From the NCBI GenBank assembly GCA_032718475.1, contig JAUCBJ010008035.1, forward strand, positions 1-47,076: a DNA stretch of 47,076 nt, given 5' to 3'. The position numbers and the translations under genes are program-made. The stretch is from Nemertoderma westbladi (lineage: Eukaryota; Animalia; Xenacoelomorpha). Of this stretch, positions 32,644-45,215 are shown piece by piece (within the stretch, counting starts at the first letter, position 1; each line of letters starts with the position of its first letter). The notes under the pieces are model-generated. The model did not search any database and had not been told where the DNA came from. It saw only the letters and a program-made list of their open reading frames with translations.

Positions 32644-35600
32644 TGAAATAAACTACAACAATAAATCTGGCAGTGCAAGCCCACAGGTAGGTAGAGGAAG
32701 GAGTAGGGCCTATGTTTTACAGTACAATTCAATAATTAAAGTTTTCTACCTAAAGTTAATCGTTTTCTTTTAGGGTTTTATGTTAATGTTTTAGGCCTAT
32801 TATTATTACATTAATATTGATTCATATCGTGATCATCATATCATAATCTGTGTGAAATGCTCTGTAGTCTGTAGTGTACAGTAGGCCTAAACTGTCTGTA
32901 CGTTCTGACTGAATCAAGGTATTGAGATTCTGTGACGAAAAAGATATTATACTGTCTTAAACTCAGGTACGCCACCCCCCCCCCCCCCCCCCCCCCCTTC
33001 CCTTTATCTGTATAACCCTTATTGAGATCTCGTGAAATTAGAAACATCACATAGTTTGAAGTCCCTATATTTATTCTTACTGGGTGTGTCAGAATTATTA
33101 TTTTCTATAATACTGTAGTAATTTAAATGTTTTTTTCTTTACGTCCATTTTGGATTGTATCTGCATCGATATTGCGCCAGTTTCCTTTAAGAAGTGTTTT
33201 AAGACTGTTGTTGTCTCCCACCTTTTATCAAGTCAAAGACGTGAAAGTATGGCTCCTTTCAAACATTTCAAAATGTGATGAAGTAAGCCAGCATGTTTCC
33301 ATAAGACAATAATTCCCCGTATGGAGACTTGAGGTGGAATTAGAGACAATATCTAACAAGAGTAAAATCTCAATGAAAAAACAGTTTGGAGTTTTAATTT
33401 CCTATAGGAACTACTAACAGTACATACTGTAGACATGGGCTGTCATTACATATGCTAGCGTTAGCGAGCAACACACGGTATTTTTAGCAGTTGATCTCTA
33501 GGCCTATAGCTTATCCATAGGTAGATCATTGCAGATAGAAAACCCCAAAGGTAGACGACGAAAATTTTCATCTAGTCTCTAGAAACGCCTACCACGAAGC
33601 AAACATAACAGCTAACCGCAAAAAATGGAGTTCAAGACTTCAGGTCATGAATGTTACCCGTTACGTATAATATAAGTAAACAATTTTTGGAAATCTTTAA
33701 AAAACACTTGTCTTACTATTATTCTTGAAACCACCTTATCTTTAATAAAAAAAACCGCTTTCTCTTATTTTAAAGTATTGTTGTAGGGATTACTAGATGT
33801 TTACAAGCGAACATCGATACTTTATAAAGAGTAGGCTTACTGTTTTAGGCTTACCCTTAGATGCTATACACACAAAATGTGGTTTACAGTGGCACTGATC
33901 CTGTTAATTAATATTAATAACATGAAATCATTTTATTTAAATTTTGAAGTGAAATTGATGATGGTATAAAACAATATATATTTTTCAAAAATTTGTTTTA
34001 AATTTATTTTTTAATTTAAACAAAAATATATTTTTTAACACCCCACTACAACTGTAATGGTGTATGTATGTTATCGTACTGCCTTGAATGCGCTTAAATA
34101 ATACAACTTTTCCTGAAGATATATACTGCAGGCTTTCCATAGCCTATTTATGTATTTCAGTCCCCATGTTGGTGTATATATATAGCCTACTGGTAGAGGT
34201 TCAATCCACAAGCATACATAGAAATACATAATTTATTAATTTATTTGACATCAGAGTAATGTTGAATGATGAGGAATGCGCCATGTGAGTGTACAGAATG
34301 CTGTATGCAACCATATACTGTAGAGTTTCAATACATAGAGGCCTAATATTAAACATCAAATATATACATAATTTATGTATGTTAATGATCTAAGACTGCT
34401 GTTTCCGGCATGACTCATTTGAAACTCCTGCAGGGTGTCGCTTTATTTTGGCAATTTTCAGTTATTACCGGGATGCCTCGTTGGTTTGCGTATTATATAT
34501 CGTATGCCTGTATCATATGTGCCTTACTTAACCTTATGTTTGCTCGACAGAAACACCGACACATCAATGATCCATAGATTTTCTTCAGACCATCTAAATA
34601 TTCCTAACCTACATTATCTATCCTTGTAAGTTAAAAATCTGTTGAGGGAAAAATATACAGTATAGGTATTCCACATCATTTACTTTATATTATTTTTATG
34701 TTTATATTTGCTTTATTTTAATTTTACTTTATGTCTGTGCACTTTTGTAGCACTTTATTTATAATGTTTCCAGGAATTTTCTTTCCCTTACGTGTTACTA
34801 TCGCTGTTTTTTGTGTTTGCTCCAACAAACAATATTATTATTTATTGCTCTCTATGAATGGTCTATTTTCCGCTCTGAGGCCTACTGTACTGTTCTCAAC
34901 TCAAAGTGACTATCATTTCATGGTCTTTTAGTCTGTAGGCATACTGCTACAGTAGGCCTAGTACTTTCTCTGTACGCAACTTCTGCATGTGATGTTAATA
35001 TAATGTAGGGAGATCCTCCCCTAACCGTTTTTTCCAGAATAGGCCTACTCTTTATACCTCTTGTATTACTTTCCACTTTTTTTTTTACCAAAGTATGAAC
35101 CCCTTTCATCAACATGGTGATTACTTAAAAAAATTAGAGCAGAATTTTTGTATCGTATTATTCAAGGAAAATACATAAATAAATCATCAATCAATCAAGC
35201 AAAACAGATGAAATGTTCTAAATTTTAATTTGAATACTCCCCTTAAACAAATTTATTTTGCCATTTGTTCATTTGTTTTAGATATTGTGTCAATTAGATT
35301 TATAATAAAAATTAATAGACAAATTAAACTCTTACTAAAGACCAATCTGAATGTAATGTAGACTGAATGTACTATATACATTAGATAGTACATTATTTGA
35401 TTCGAAATATACTGAGCACGATGAAATTTAAATAGTATTTAAAAGGTTTATACATTTTTATTTAATTTTCAGACAAGTCTTCAGTGGCCCTAGCTAAGAG
35501 AATAAAACAATCTTTAACCATTTTTAGATTAATCAGTAAATTTTTTGAAACCAGCGCATTTTACAATACAATAGTCTAAGGCATAGAGTATTGATGAAAA

Positions 35601-35762
35601 ATTATGATGATGGGACATTATAAAAATTAGATAAATATTCAGTTCATACAAATTAAAGTCACAACTCATTATTTTTATTTTTATTTCTATTTATTTATTC
35701 GTTTTCTATAGTCCTACAATATTGATTCATATTTATTTTGAAGTAACTTGTAAAAAAATACT

Positions 35763-38700
35763 ATGGATAAATACGGATCATTAAATCTCGAATGGTCAGA
35801 TGGATATAATGGGGAACGGTTCCTGTTCATCAACAATAACGTTGTTGTATTCAAATGCGGCAACGCTATTAAGTTCTATAACATTGAGACGAAACACTCA
35901 AATATATACCAAACCCCAGGCCAAGGCCTCAATATCATTGCTGTCAACGACTTCTCTGGCTTAGTGGGATTCTCTGAGCAAAGAATTTCACCTCGAATTT
36001 TCATTTATAAATTCCCAGGATTTCAGGAGGTAAATATTCTTGATGGAGGTGCGGAGCTCCGATACACACAAATCGCTTTCGCCAATGGATCCCCGTATTT
36101 AATTGCCTGTAGTGATGCTCCAGAGTTTTCATTGTTTCTTTATAACTGGAAGACTGGAAACTTGCTCACTCGATGCCATTCTGCTGAAGATTTGTTTACC
36201 AACCAGATATCATTTAACCCTGCTAATTGGAGACAGCTGGCTACTAGTGGTCCTGAACAATTCACTATATGGTCAATAGAGCAATGCAATGAGACTTACA
36301 ACCTCCATTCCGCATCTGTACCGCTTTTGCGAAAATCGACGGCTAACCTGGTAGGAGAAGATATATCCTACTTGCATGGTTCAGTGAAAGCAACAACTTC
36401 TTCTATATTCCAGGGTTACGATGATCTGGGACCAGAGATGCAGCCTGTAAGCCACACATGGACTGCGAATGGAGAAGTTCTGTGTGCATTCAAGGATGGT
36501 CGTCTCTTACGGACCAGTGCTGAGAATGTAGAAGACAGAATCGAATTGGAAATCAATCACTTTATTCCTGAAGATGAAGAGACTTCAGATGTTGTTGATA
36601 TTTGTTTTCACAAGCAAGGTCTGTATGTGGTTTATCAATGTGGGCTGATTCAAGTATTGGACTTCACAGAGAAAAAGAAAAGTAAAGTTAGAAAGCGAAG
36701 TTCAAATATAGGCAATCAAATCTCTTCACTGTCATTTACTTCTAATTACATGAAAGGAGCATTAAGTGTATCAGGTGGATCTTTGGTAATTTTTAGTATT
36801 GACAATTTAGCGGTTGTTGAAGAAGTTTTTCAGTTGGGAATTGGGGAAATTATAGGCTTAGACCAGCTGAGTTTGTGTGGCAGTGGAGAATCAACAGCTG
36901 TAGCTTGTCGGCAAGGTGGTCTCATGGAGCTTTGGTCCACTCGGGATGGTACAAGGTCAGCGAAACTTTCACTATCTGGTGTCACTTTAAATTCATTGGC
37001 TGCAAATCCGTCCTTGCCATTGGTTATGGTTGGATCTACCAGTGGTTACATCTATGCCTTAGACACGAGTGATATCAATCAACCAAGGGTTATCAGCCAA
37101 GTCCATGCTCATGTGGGACCAGTCAACCATATTGTGTTTGAACCATCTGGACGTTTTCTAATAACTGGATCCAATGATGGAAGTGTCCTTTTAATAAAAA
37201 ATGACTTATCAAATACCAAGCCAATTAATATCCTTGGACATTTTGTAGTAGAAGGGCAGGTTGTCAGCCTTTCTGTTTTGTTAACCTCTAGGCAGGGTTT
37301 TGCTGAAACCGTTGTCCTGTACAATGCAACACCTAATGACCCAGTTGTAAATTTAGGTGCAACGAAATTGGCATACTTTCATGTAACAGAGAAAATGTTG
37401 TCACAGGATCGTGATGTTTACCAAGGTTTACTGCAAGAGTTTAGCGATTCTGCATGTTCTCGTTCTGATGTATACCTTCCGGAGATGTGCAATGGTGCAG
37501 CACTCCATACTTCTGGTCTTTTTACAATGTCCCACACTGCAGAAATTCTCCACCTTCAATTGCCTGAACCTGGTTTCAACGTTACTCATCAGCAGCAACT
37601 TGCTAATATTGAGGAAGAAAATGATTCAGAAGATGTTACGAGTGTTATGGAGATTAATGAAGTTATTGTTGAAATTCTAAACAGATTTGGAGGTCATGAG
37701 GATTATAGAGGTGGTGTAAGTTTATTGGGATCCTGGCTAATGTCTTGGTCACGTGATGGCACCCTGGTGATACGTGATTTGGATGAATCTTTTGACACTT
37801 CTGTCGAAATATATCCAGGACATTTTAGAGAGATGGGAGTCACTGCTGGTTGTTTCATTAAAGATGGCAATAGCATCATAATAGCTGCTAATAACAATGT
37901 GTTATGTTCATACACTTGGGATTTCACAAGAGCAGGTGACTTGGCATGTCAACGGACGACACAAAAAGTTAGTGGTTTGATTCAAAGTTTAAAAGAATCT
38001 TGGAACAAGGCTGCTGGTCTCATTAGCAGGATTAAAGCTTTAGATAGCTTTGATGAGGAAGATGAGGAAAATGTTAATGAGGAACCCAAATTAGTACAAC
38101 AAGATAATGAGATTTATATTACACCACTTCCTAGTGTATCTCCAAAAGCATCATGGATTCGTTGTAAGGAAGTGTCAGTTATTGCAGCCGAGGATGCAAG
38201 GTATGCAGATGACAAGGCAGCTATGAGAAATGAAATAAGTGATCTTAGATCACGTCTGTTGGTTATGATCAAAAATAATGATGCATTAGGTGATTTAGAG
38301 AAATTGCCTCGAGTTGACTTCACTTTAGACGTTGAAGAGTTGGACTCTTGGCGACAGCAAGCAGATAATGCAATAGCAGTTTTGCATGAGGAAATTCATT
38401 ATGAGGATCTTGCAAGACAGTTTCTTTGGCAGATTGTTAAACAAGAATGCTGGGACAGCATGGTTGAATCACCTAAGGGGGTTTGTGGATTCCATGTGGA
38501 CATTATGGTAGATAACTATCCAATGCGACATCAATCAAAGGAAGAAATAAAGATGTTGGAAGAAGCCATTGTGTTTAGAAAAGTAGAAGTGGCTGATAAT
38601 AGTTTACGAAGAGCACTAGAAAGTGCTTCTTCTCGTGCTGCTGAGTTTACAAATCTAGATGATGATGATGAAGGCAAGCAGGTGGAAGATAGTGATGAAT

Positions 38701-40799
38701 TGGAGCCAACATCACCTCCACGTCTCACAGGGAGCTTGGTTCACGAATTTGGAGTATCTCAACCTCTTTCTGCTAATCAATTCCACATTCATACAAGAGA
38801 ACAAAAGTATAATGAAATAATTTTAATTTCTGATACAATTCATCAAGTTAAAAAGGCTTTTAATAAAATTTTTGATAACTGCTATCGCAGCAAAGAGCAA
38901 GAACTCAACAGAGTTAAAGAAAGAAATTTGAGAATTAAAAAAATTATTAAAGACTTGAATTTAGATGAAAAGGTATTTGAACCCACATGGGCTGATGAAG
39001 AAAAGCCTGAAAGGCTGCTCAAAGTAGAAAACATAGAAATCCCATTTGATAAATTTATTAGCCCTGAAATGCAGGCCAAATTGAATGAAGAGGCTCGATT
39101 AGAAGAGGCAAGGAGAAAAGCAGAGATGGGTGACAACTGGAGAGAAAGAGGTCTAGATCAGATGATGGGTGGTCTTCTTGAGGTGACCAAAGAAGATGAA
39201 CTCAAAATCGATGTCCCTGTACCAGGTTTTGTCAATGCAAAACCTCAAGAAGAATGGAATGAAGATGAATTGAAACAATTTAAAGAATATGAAAGGAAAT
39301 GCAAAGAATTACAGGAAGAGAGAGAGAAATATTATAAGCAACTGGAGGGGGAATTTCACAAACTCCAGTCGGGTATACAAGATTCCACTTTATTGTATGA
39401 TGAACAACTCCTTGAATTATTTCAGAAAAAGATTCGGGCTGATATGGTTATCTTCCAGGAAGAGCTTAAGATTCTTCGTCTGGTGAATTCTATGGTTAAT
39501 GAGGAAATATCTGAAGAATCTGAGTTCAATATTCTCCAAGGCCTTGACGTTCTTAAGAAAAAGAAAACAAAATCTGGTCATACCATCCAAGTAACAAGAA
39601 AAGATCTTGATGATTTTCGTGAACGATATGAAATACTCCAGGCTGAAGATAAGATAATGGAGAGAGGTCACCGCCGAGATTTCGGTGACTGTTCTAATGC
39701 CATGATTGATGCTCTTTTTAAACAGTATAAGAGAAGGCCAAAATTTGCCCGTAAGCATATGGGGGATTTAGATGCTGGGATGAACCCCTATGCAGAGCGT
39801 CCAAGTTCAAGTAAACAAGCAGCTTATGCATCAGCAGCACTAACAAAAGCCCTTGAAGATCTTGATGATCCTAAACATGCTCCTGATGGTTTGGAGCTTC
39901 ATATATGGCAGAGGTTGTGTGCTGTTCGTAGGCAGAAGGTAGAAAGTGAACAAGCAGTTAAAGCAGCTGCTCATACAATTGCCGAGATGACTAATTTCCA
40001 GCAGCGGCGATTTGATGAGGATTCCCAAATGCAAGATGAGATCGATAAACAGGTCAAGGAGTTGAATACTACTCGTGAAAATATCGCTAAAAATGGATAC
40101 AATCTCGATGTCCAGTTGGTATTGAAACAAGGACAAGTTGAAGTTGACCCTTTTATATTGATTCCTCACTACAACACAGTCTTGTTGATCCACCGTAAAG
40201 TTGTAGAGGAACTAAATGCGAAGATCAATGTCCTTGGTGGTGGGAAGATAAAACTGATGCGAGACAGTCAAGAGTTTCACAGAGGGATCCACCAGTTGGA
40301 TTGGGAACGCACTAAGATGCTAATGTACATCGATGATCTTCAGGAACGCAACAGGGAGATTCAGAATCTTCGAGTGTCTCGGCACATGGTCAAGTATATG
40401 GATGCATCTGACTTGGAAGAAGTACACAGACAAGAGATGCAGATTCTAGAAGCTACACTGAATCTACAAAACTCGACTCATCACAAAAATATGGATAAAT
40501 GCGAGGATAGAGTTGTGCAAATCAATAAAAAGGTCCACAAACTCATGTTAGAGAATAAACGGCTGGATAAAGAGATTGAGAACCTAAATGTCACTGTTTG
40601 GGAGAGACGACATATAAAGGAGTCTAGCAAGGGCGATTGGAGGGGTGCTGGTTCTGAACAGAAAATGACTGATATTGTCCAGCGAAGAAAGTTGGTTGAA
40701 TTGGCGAAGGCTCAGGCCCAGGAGGTGGCTGTCTTGAGAGCGGAAGTTGAACGCTTACGAATGAGAACGTTCCCAGCTTTAGTACAAGTCGAACACTAA
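35763..40799 (+). CDS. CFAP43: Cilia- and flagella-associated protein 43 (WDR96), 1678 aa, no coding introns
   Basis: N-terminal WD40 repeats (LYNWKTG, QISFNPANWRQL, HVGPVNHIVFEPSGRFLITGSNDGSV), long coiled-coil C-half (RERGLDQMMGGLLE, VQLVLKQGQVEV) and the characteristic C-terminus LRAEVERLRMRTFPALVQ. AATAAA at 40942 and 41234. Confidence 0.93.
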   Translation: MDKYGSLNLEWSDGYNGERFLFINNNVVVFKCGNAIKFYNIETKHSNIYQTPGQGLNIIAVNDFSGLVGFSEQRISPRIFIYKFPGFQEVNILDGGAELRYTQIAFANGSPYLIACSDAPEFSLFLYNWKTGNLLTRCHSAEDLFTNQISFNPANWRQLATSGPEQFTIWSIEQCNETYNLHSASVPLLRKSTANLVGEDISYLHGSVKATTSSIFQGYDDLGPEMQPVSHTWTANGEVLCAFKDGRLLRTSAENVEDRIELEINHFIPEDEETSDVVDICFHKQGLYVVYQCGLIQVLDFTEKKKSKVRKRSSNIGNQISSLSFTSNYMKGALSVSGGSLVIFSIDNLAVVEEVFQLGIGEIIGLDQLSLCGSGESTAVACRQGGLMELWSTRDGTRSAKLSLSGVTLNSLAANPSLPLVMVGSTSGYIYALDTSDINQPRVISQVHAHVGPVNHIVFEPSGRFLITGSNDGSVLLIKNDLSNTKPINILGHFVVEGQVVSLSVLLTSRQGFAETVVLYNATPNDPVVNLGATKLAYFHVTEKMLSQDRDVYQGLLQEFSDSACSRSDVYLPEMCNGAALHTSGLFTMSHTAEILHLQLPEPGFNVTHQQQLANIEEENDSEDVTSVMEINEVIVEILNRFGGHEDYRGGVSLLGSWLMSWSRDGTLVIRDLDESFDTSVEIYPGHFREMGVTAGCFIKDGNSIIIAANNNVLCSYTWDFTRAGDLACQRTTQKVSGLIQSLKESWNKAAGLISRIKALDSFDEEDEENVNEEPKLVQQDNEIYITPLPSVSPKASWIRCKEVSVIAAEDARYADDKAAMRNEISDLRSRLLVMIKNNDALGDLEKLPRVDFTLDVEELDSWRQQADNAIAVLHEEIHYEDLARQFLWQIVKQECWDSMVESPKGVCGFHVDIMVDNYPMRHQSKEEIKMLEEAIVFRKVEVADNSLRRALESASSRAAEFTNLDDDDEGKQVEDSDELEPTSPPRLTGSLVHEFGVSQPLSANQFHIHTREQKYNEIILISDTIHQVKKAFNKIFDNCYRSKEQELNRVKERNLRIKKIIKDLNLDEKVFEPTWADEEKPERLLKVENIEIPFDKFISPEMQAKLNEEARLEEARRKAEMGDNWRERGLDQMMGGLLEVTKEDELKIDVPVPGFVNAKPQEEWNEDELKQFKEYERKCKELQEEREKYYKQLEGEFHKLQSGIQDSTLLYDEQLLELFQKKIRADMVIFQEELKILRLVNSMVNEEISEESEFNILQGLDVLKKKKTKSGHTIQVTRKDLDDFRERYEILQAEDKIMERGHRRDFGDCSNAMIDALFKQYKRRPKFARKHMGDLDAGMNPYAERPSSSKQAAYASAALTKALEDLDDPKHAPDGLELHIWQRLCAVRRQKVESEQAVKAAAHTIAEMTNFQQRRFDEDSQMQDEIDKQVKELNTTRENIAKNGYNLDVQLVLKQGQVEVDPFILIPHYNTVLLIHRKVVEELNAKINVLGGGKIKLMRDSQEFHRGIHQLDWERTKMLMYIDDLQERNREIQNLRVSRHMVKYMDASDLEEVHRQEMQILEATLNLQNSTHHKNMDKCEDRVVQINKKVHKLMLENKRLDKEIENLNVTVWERRHIKESSKGDWRGAGSEQKMTDIVQRRKLVELAKAQAQEVAVLRAEVERLRMRTFPALVQVEH

Positions 40800-41706
40800 T
40801 AGAACTTCGATTCCTTATTAGTTTAAATACTGTGCCCTAGAAACTGCTGTTGTGATAGTTATACCTGATTAGCCCATTAAAAATTCTTCATTATAAAACA
40901 ATGGAATGTAATGTTGCACTTTTAAAACAATATGCCTACCTAATAAATTACATGGAACAGGAAAGGTCCGATTTTAAATGAGATATAAGATAAAATATTA
41001 CCAAGTACTGTATTGCCACACATTAAATTCAATTTCTGATCTGAGGTGACAACATGTATTTATCTATATATATACATCTATATATACACAACATATGTTA
41101 TATTTTTAATATGATTGTTTTATGTTGAAAAATTGTAAATATTTTCATTCTTATATAAGTATAATATAATAATACTCAAGGGACTGAAGCAACGAACAGC
41201 TATTTTTTTCGCTATTTTTTTGTGAAAAATATTAATAAACTTGTTTAATTGTGGCTGTCAATACAGTTCAACATTATGTCCAGAAATCGAAGTGGATAAG
41301 ACATTTGGAGAAACCAAATCAAATTGTTTGGCGGTCTTTGATCTACTACTATAGGTAATGAGAGAGCAAACTTGTAAAATTGTTAACGTTTTTTCAAAGG
41401 TTAATTAATTAATGCGTAGTTTAATAATGTAACAAAACATTGAACCCGGGTAGATGATATTTTAATCCTAACGTTAAAAAATTACTAAATTACCTTTGAA
41501 AATAAATAACATTTATTTACTATCCATAAAAACTTTAATAATTACACAATATTATAATTATTATAAAATTGAAATTAATTTATCTTTCTATAGAATCATA
41601 TAAATAATTAATTTTATTATTGGGTTTGTCTAGTTCATTTGTCAAATATTCTGTTCCCAATGTACACATTCATTGTCAGTTTATTTTAAGGAATTTTTGT
41701 AAATAA

Positions 41707-41989
41707 TTTCGCCCATTTGAAGAATACCAGGATTTTACTTTTCGGTCAACTTTTTATTGGAATTTTATATATGAAGATTTTTATTCTTTTTTAATTTATC
41801 TTTATTAAGTGTTCATAGTGCTTATTTCTGTCTTATAACCTGTACATATACTAATTCGTTTATTGTTTTGGTTAGATTCAGCCCTTCTGTAACCTGTTTT
41901 TTTGGTGAAAACCTGGTATTCTTCACATGGGGGTAACTGCAAAGTGAAATATAACGGCAGAAAGTATGGTATTCTTCACATGGGCCAAT
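41707..41989. mobile_element. MITE copy 1 (TIR GCCCATGTGAAGAATACCA)
   Basis: TTCGCCCATTTGAAGAATACCAG ... TGGTATTCTTCACATGGGCCAAT; body nearly identical to 43971-44362. Confidence 0.85.
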
Positions 41990-43455
41990 AATTTGTAATA
42001 ACAATAATACAATTGTAGAATATTATATATATTAGCTGTTATCTGAGTTCCAGAACTTCTCATGAAAATATAGACCCATCAGGTGATCGTGTAACGAACG
42101 AGTTTGTATTCGAGATTAGAAGTTTAATATATTGAATATCGCGAGTTCATATAACACTGGCGAATTGTGGTTTAGATTACCCAGTGGTCAGAACGTCTGT
42201 ATGGTAACCTGAAGGTTGTAAGTTAGAGTCTTAGTCCAGTCAAAGAAAATGGTTGGGTTGAGAAAGTATTACTTTGAGAATTAGAATGGTGTTAACCCTT
42301 TGTTGCACTTGTTGCTTTTAAGCAACAGCTCTATTATCGGTCTTATCTCATAGAAAAATCCAATCATCCAACTGCGCCCCCATCAGTGCAGTGACCTTAT
42401 TGGGCTCCTTCAGCGCAGCTGCTAAATCGCCTTACCGTATTAAAAAAACCGTTGCGGTTGCAAATACATACCATACGTGAAGAAGCACTGAAATATTATG
42501 TTTATTATTTAACATATATATAAGGCTATTGATAATAACTAATCGCAATAAATAATGTTAAATCAGGCGGAGAGTACTGTGTAACAGCTATATTCTTAGT
42601 GCTTACATAAGATTAGTATTGCAATTTTTATGAATTTATTTATATTTTATTGAAATATACGCACATATGGATGGGAGCTAATTCTCATCCGTATCAAGAA
42701 AGAGATTTGTTCCAATAGGATTAGTAGGATTAGAGAGAAAGTTGATGAGTCTACACCACTCCATCGACATCACATCCCCTTTCACGACGTTCTTACTTTA
42801 GTTTACGTCCCCTAAACATACATTAATATTCGATCCGTCATATTAACAATGTTTTTTCTTGACAGCCATGATATTCTTCTCAAAGTTCTTAACTTCGAAG
42901 TGAAATATTACAAATAGCGGTAAATTTCAATACAATTCCATGGATAAAAACATTATACATTAAATTACGCTAACTTTAAATTTCAATGTTTTTTACTAAC
43001 TCATGAGTATATATTGGTTGGTGTTATCTTGGTGGTTTATGGCATCACGAATGGCTCAAATTCCAATGTACATTCAATCATCAATCAACTTACAATTGAA
43101 TTACAATTCAATATAAATATTGAAATAAATTGAATTATATTGCAATATTGTAATATTATTGTAACATAAATATTGCAATATATAATTCAAGATGAAAACA
43201 GCTGTTTCATCAGTTGTTACCTAGGCAACCAGAGTACCAAGGCATTCTTTCAAGAGCTGAAGTGTAGGCTACAATTACTACAAAGGCCATCGTAAATACA
43301 TTGTATTACAATGCATTGTAATAAGGCCATTGTAATACGATGATCTTGGACTAGCCTTCCTTGCTGTCTTAGCCTTTATGGCTGTAGACATACAGACATA
43401 CACAGCCATTGCATTACACTGTTACAGGTACCCCAGGGGTACCCATACTTAATAT

Positions 43456-43610
43456 TGAATTGAATTGAATGTTTATTTTTTACCCATATACAATATATAA
43501 ATTGAATGCACACACATAAAGTATAATTCTATAATTATTGTCAATATAACATATAGGTAAAGGAGGCGAAGCTAAATAGCATGGCTAGTGAACGGCTGCC
43601 TGCCAGGGAG
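43456..43610 (-). mobile_element. Possible CR1/L2-type LINE or SINE 3' end
   Basis: Minus strand ends AATAAAC(ATTCA)3, the short-repeat tail typical of CR1/L2-group elements; 5' boundary uncertain. Confidence 0.4.
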
Positions 43611-43970
43611 GGTGGATGGATATTTAAAAAACACACAAGGGGCGGGACAGGGGTATTAGTTAGATTAGGATAGGGTTTGATGGATAGGAGGTTTTAATAT
43701 TGCTTGTAAGAGCCTGCAGGTAGCAGTACCCAAAGCAGAAAATATTCTGAGATTCGATTTTGTCACTCTGGTTGCCTAGGTAACTGATGACGGGCTTGAA
43801 ACAGCTAATTTCATCTTGAATTATATATTGCAATATTGATGTTACAATAATATTGGAATATAATTAAATATATTCTGGCAATATTTATATTGGAATTTAT
43901 TTAATTATATTGCAGTATAATTTATTTATTTCATATTTATATTGAATTGTAATTCAATGTAAGCTGATTG

Positions 43971-44362
43971 ATTCGCCCATGTGAAGAATACCAGGATTTT
44001 ACTTTTCGGTCAACTTTTTATTGGAATTTTATATATGAAGATTTTTGTTCTTTTTTAATTTATCTTTATTAAGTGTTCTATAGCGCTTATTTCTGTCTTA
44101 TAACCTGTACATATACTAATTCGTTTATTGTTTTGGTTAGATTCAGCCCTTCTGTAACCTGGGTTTTTGGTGAAAACCTCGTATTCTTCACATGGGAGTA
44201 AGTGCAAAGTGAAATATAACGGCAGAAAGTCTGGTATTCTTCACATGGGGGGTAACTGCAAAGTGAAATATAACGGCAGAAAGTCTGGTATTCTTCACAT
44301 GGGGGGTAACTGCAAAGTGAAATATAACGGCAGAAAGTCTGGTATTCTTCACATGGGCCGAT
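43971..44362. mobile_element. MITE copy 2 with a triplicated 53-54-bp subterminal unit
   Basis: ATTCGCCCATGTGAAGAATACCAG ... CTGGTATTCTTCACATGGGCCGAT; GTATTCTTCACATGGG at 44181, 44234, 44288 and 44342. Confidence 0.85.
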
Positions 44363-45215
44363 TGATTTCAATAATAAAACTGATTGAATGTATAAATATT
44401 GGATGTAGACTGTCATTGTACTTTATAAATCGCGTTCCAATTTTTTTCAAATGCATTGCCGTCAACGGTAGACTTTATACCAGATAATCGCATAGACGGC
44501 CATGACAATCTTTCTTAAAACATCGGACCAATTATATCTTCTAACCTCGTTCCAGTAATAGTTTCTAAATGTCGTTCCAACTTTCCGTGCCAGACAGCCA
44601 GACTAGATTATAGACTGGGCTACTATGCAGATAGCCACGGTGGAAGTATCAACTCACATTCAGCAATATGAAGATCATATTGGATCTTTGCATAGCTGTC
44701 TGGTGTAGCCCAGAGGTGAATGTACTGAGCTAAAGGGCTTTCCATCCAATTCTAACAATGAATGATAGTGCATTGATTGGTTTAGTACGTTACGTATGAG
44801 TGTTTTAATTGCTCAAAATCGTATCGTATAATTATTGTATTTGTTAATAATATTTTAATTAATTGAATCACTGCGCTGATTCTTACGGAAGTATATTTTA
44901 TTTTGTTTTTCTATAATTAAAAAGTTTAAAAAATAATTAAGGAAATAATAGTGCCCCATAGAATTTAAAGTGTAAAGTAAGGTTTAAACGAAAACGCTAG
45001 CAAAAAAAGTCGATTTAAAATATAGCAACTTCTCAATTCCATGTTATAAATAGTATATTATTACTGTATTACAATTAACATTTACTTTTCTTTTCTATTC
45101 GATATATCTGAAATCATTCACAAGGCTAGGAAAATGCCTTTTTTAAAGTAATTGTTACAGTATATCTAATTTATTCATTTACCAATATATTTTCAAAATT
45201 ATGTCACAATTGTCC

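Larger units (their letters stand above)
43061..44403. mobile_element. Foldback-type element with long imperfect inverted arms and nested insertions
   Basis: Left arm 43061-43235 is the reverse complement of 43765-43972 (e.g. GTTACCTAGGCAACCAGAGT / ACTCTGGTTGCCTAGGTAAC and TATTGCAATATATAATTCAAGATGAAA / TTTCATCTTGAATTATATATTGCAATA). Homology resumes at ~44381 (TGATTGAATGTA) beyond the MITE. Confidence 0.7.
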
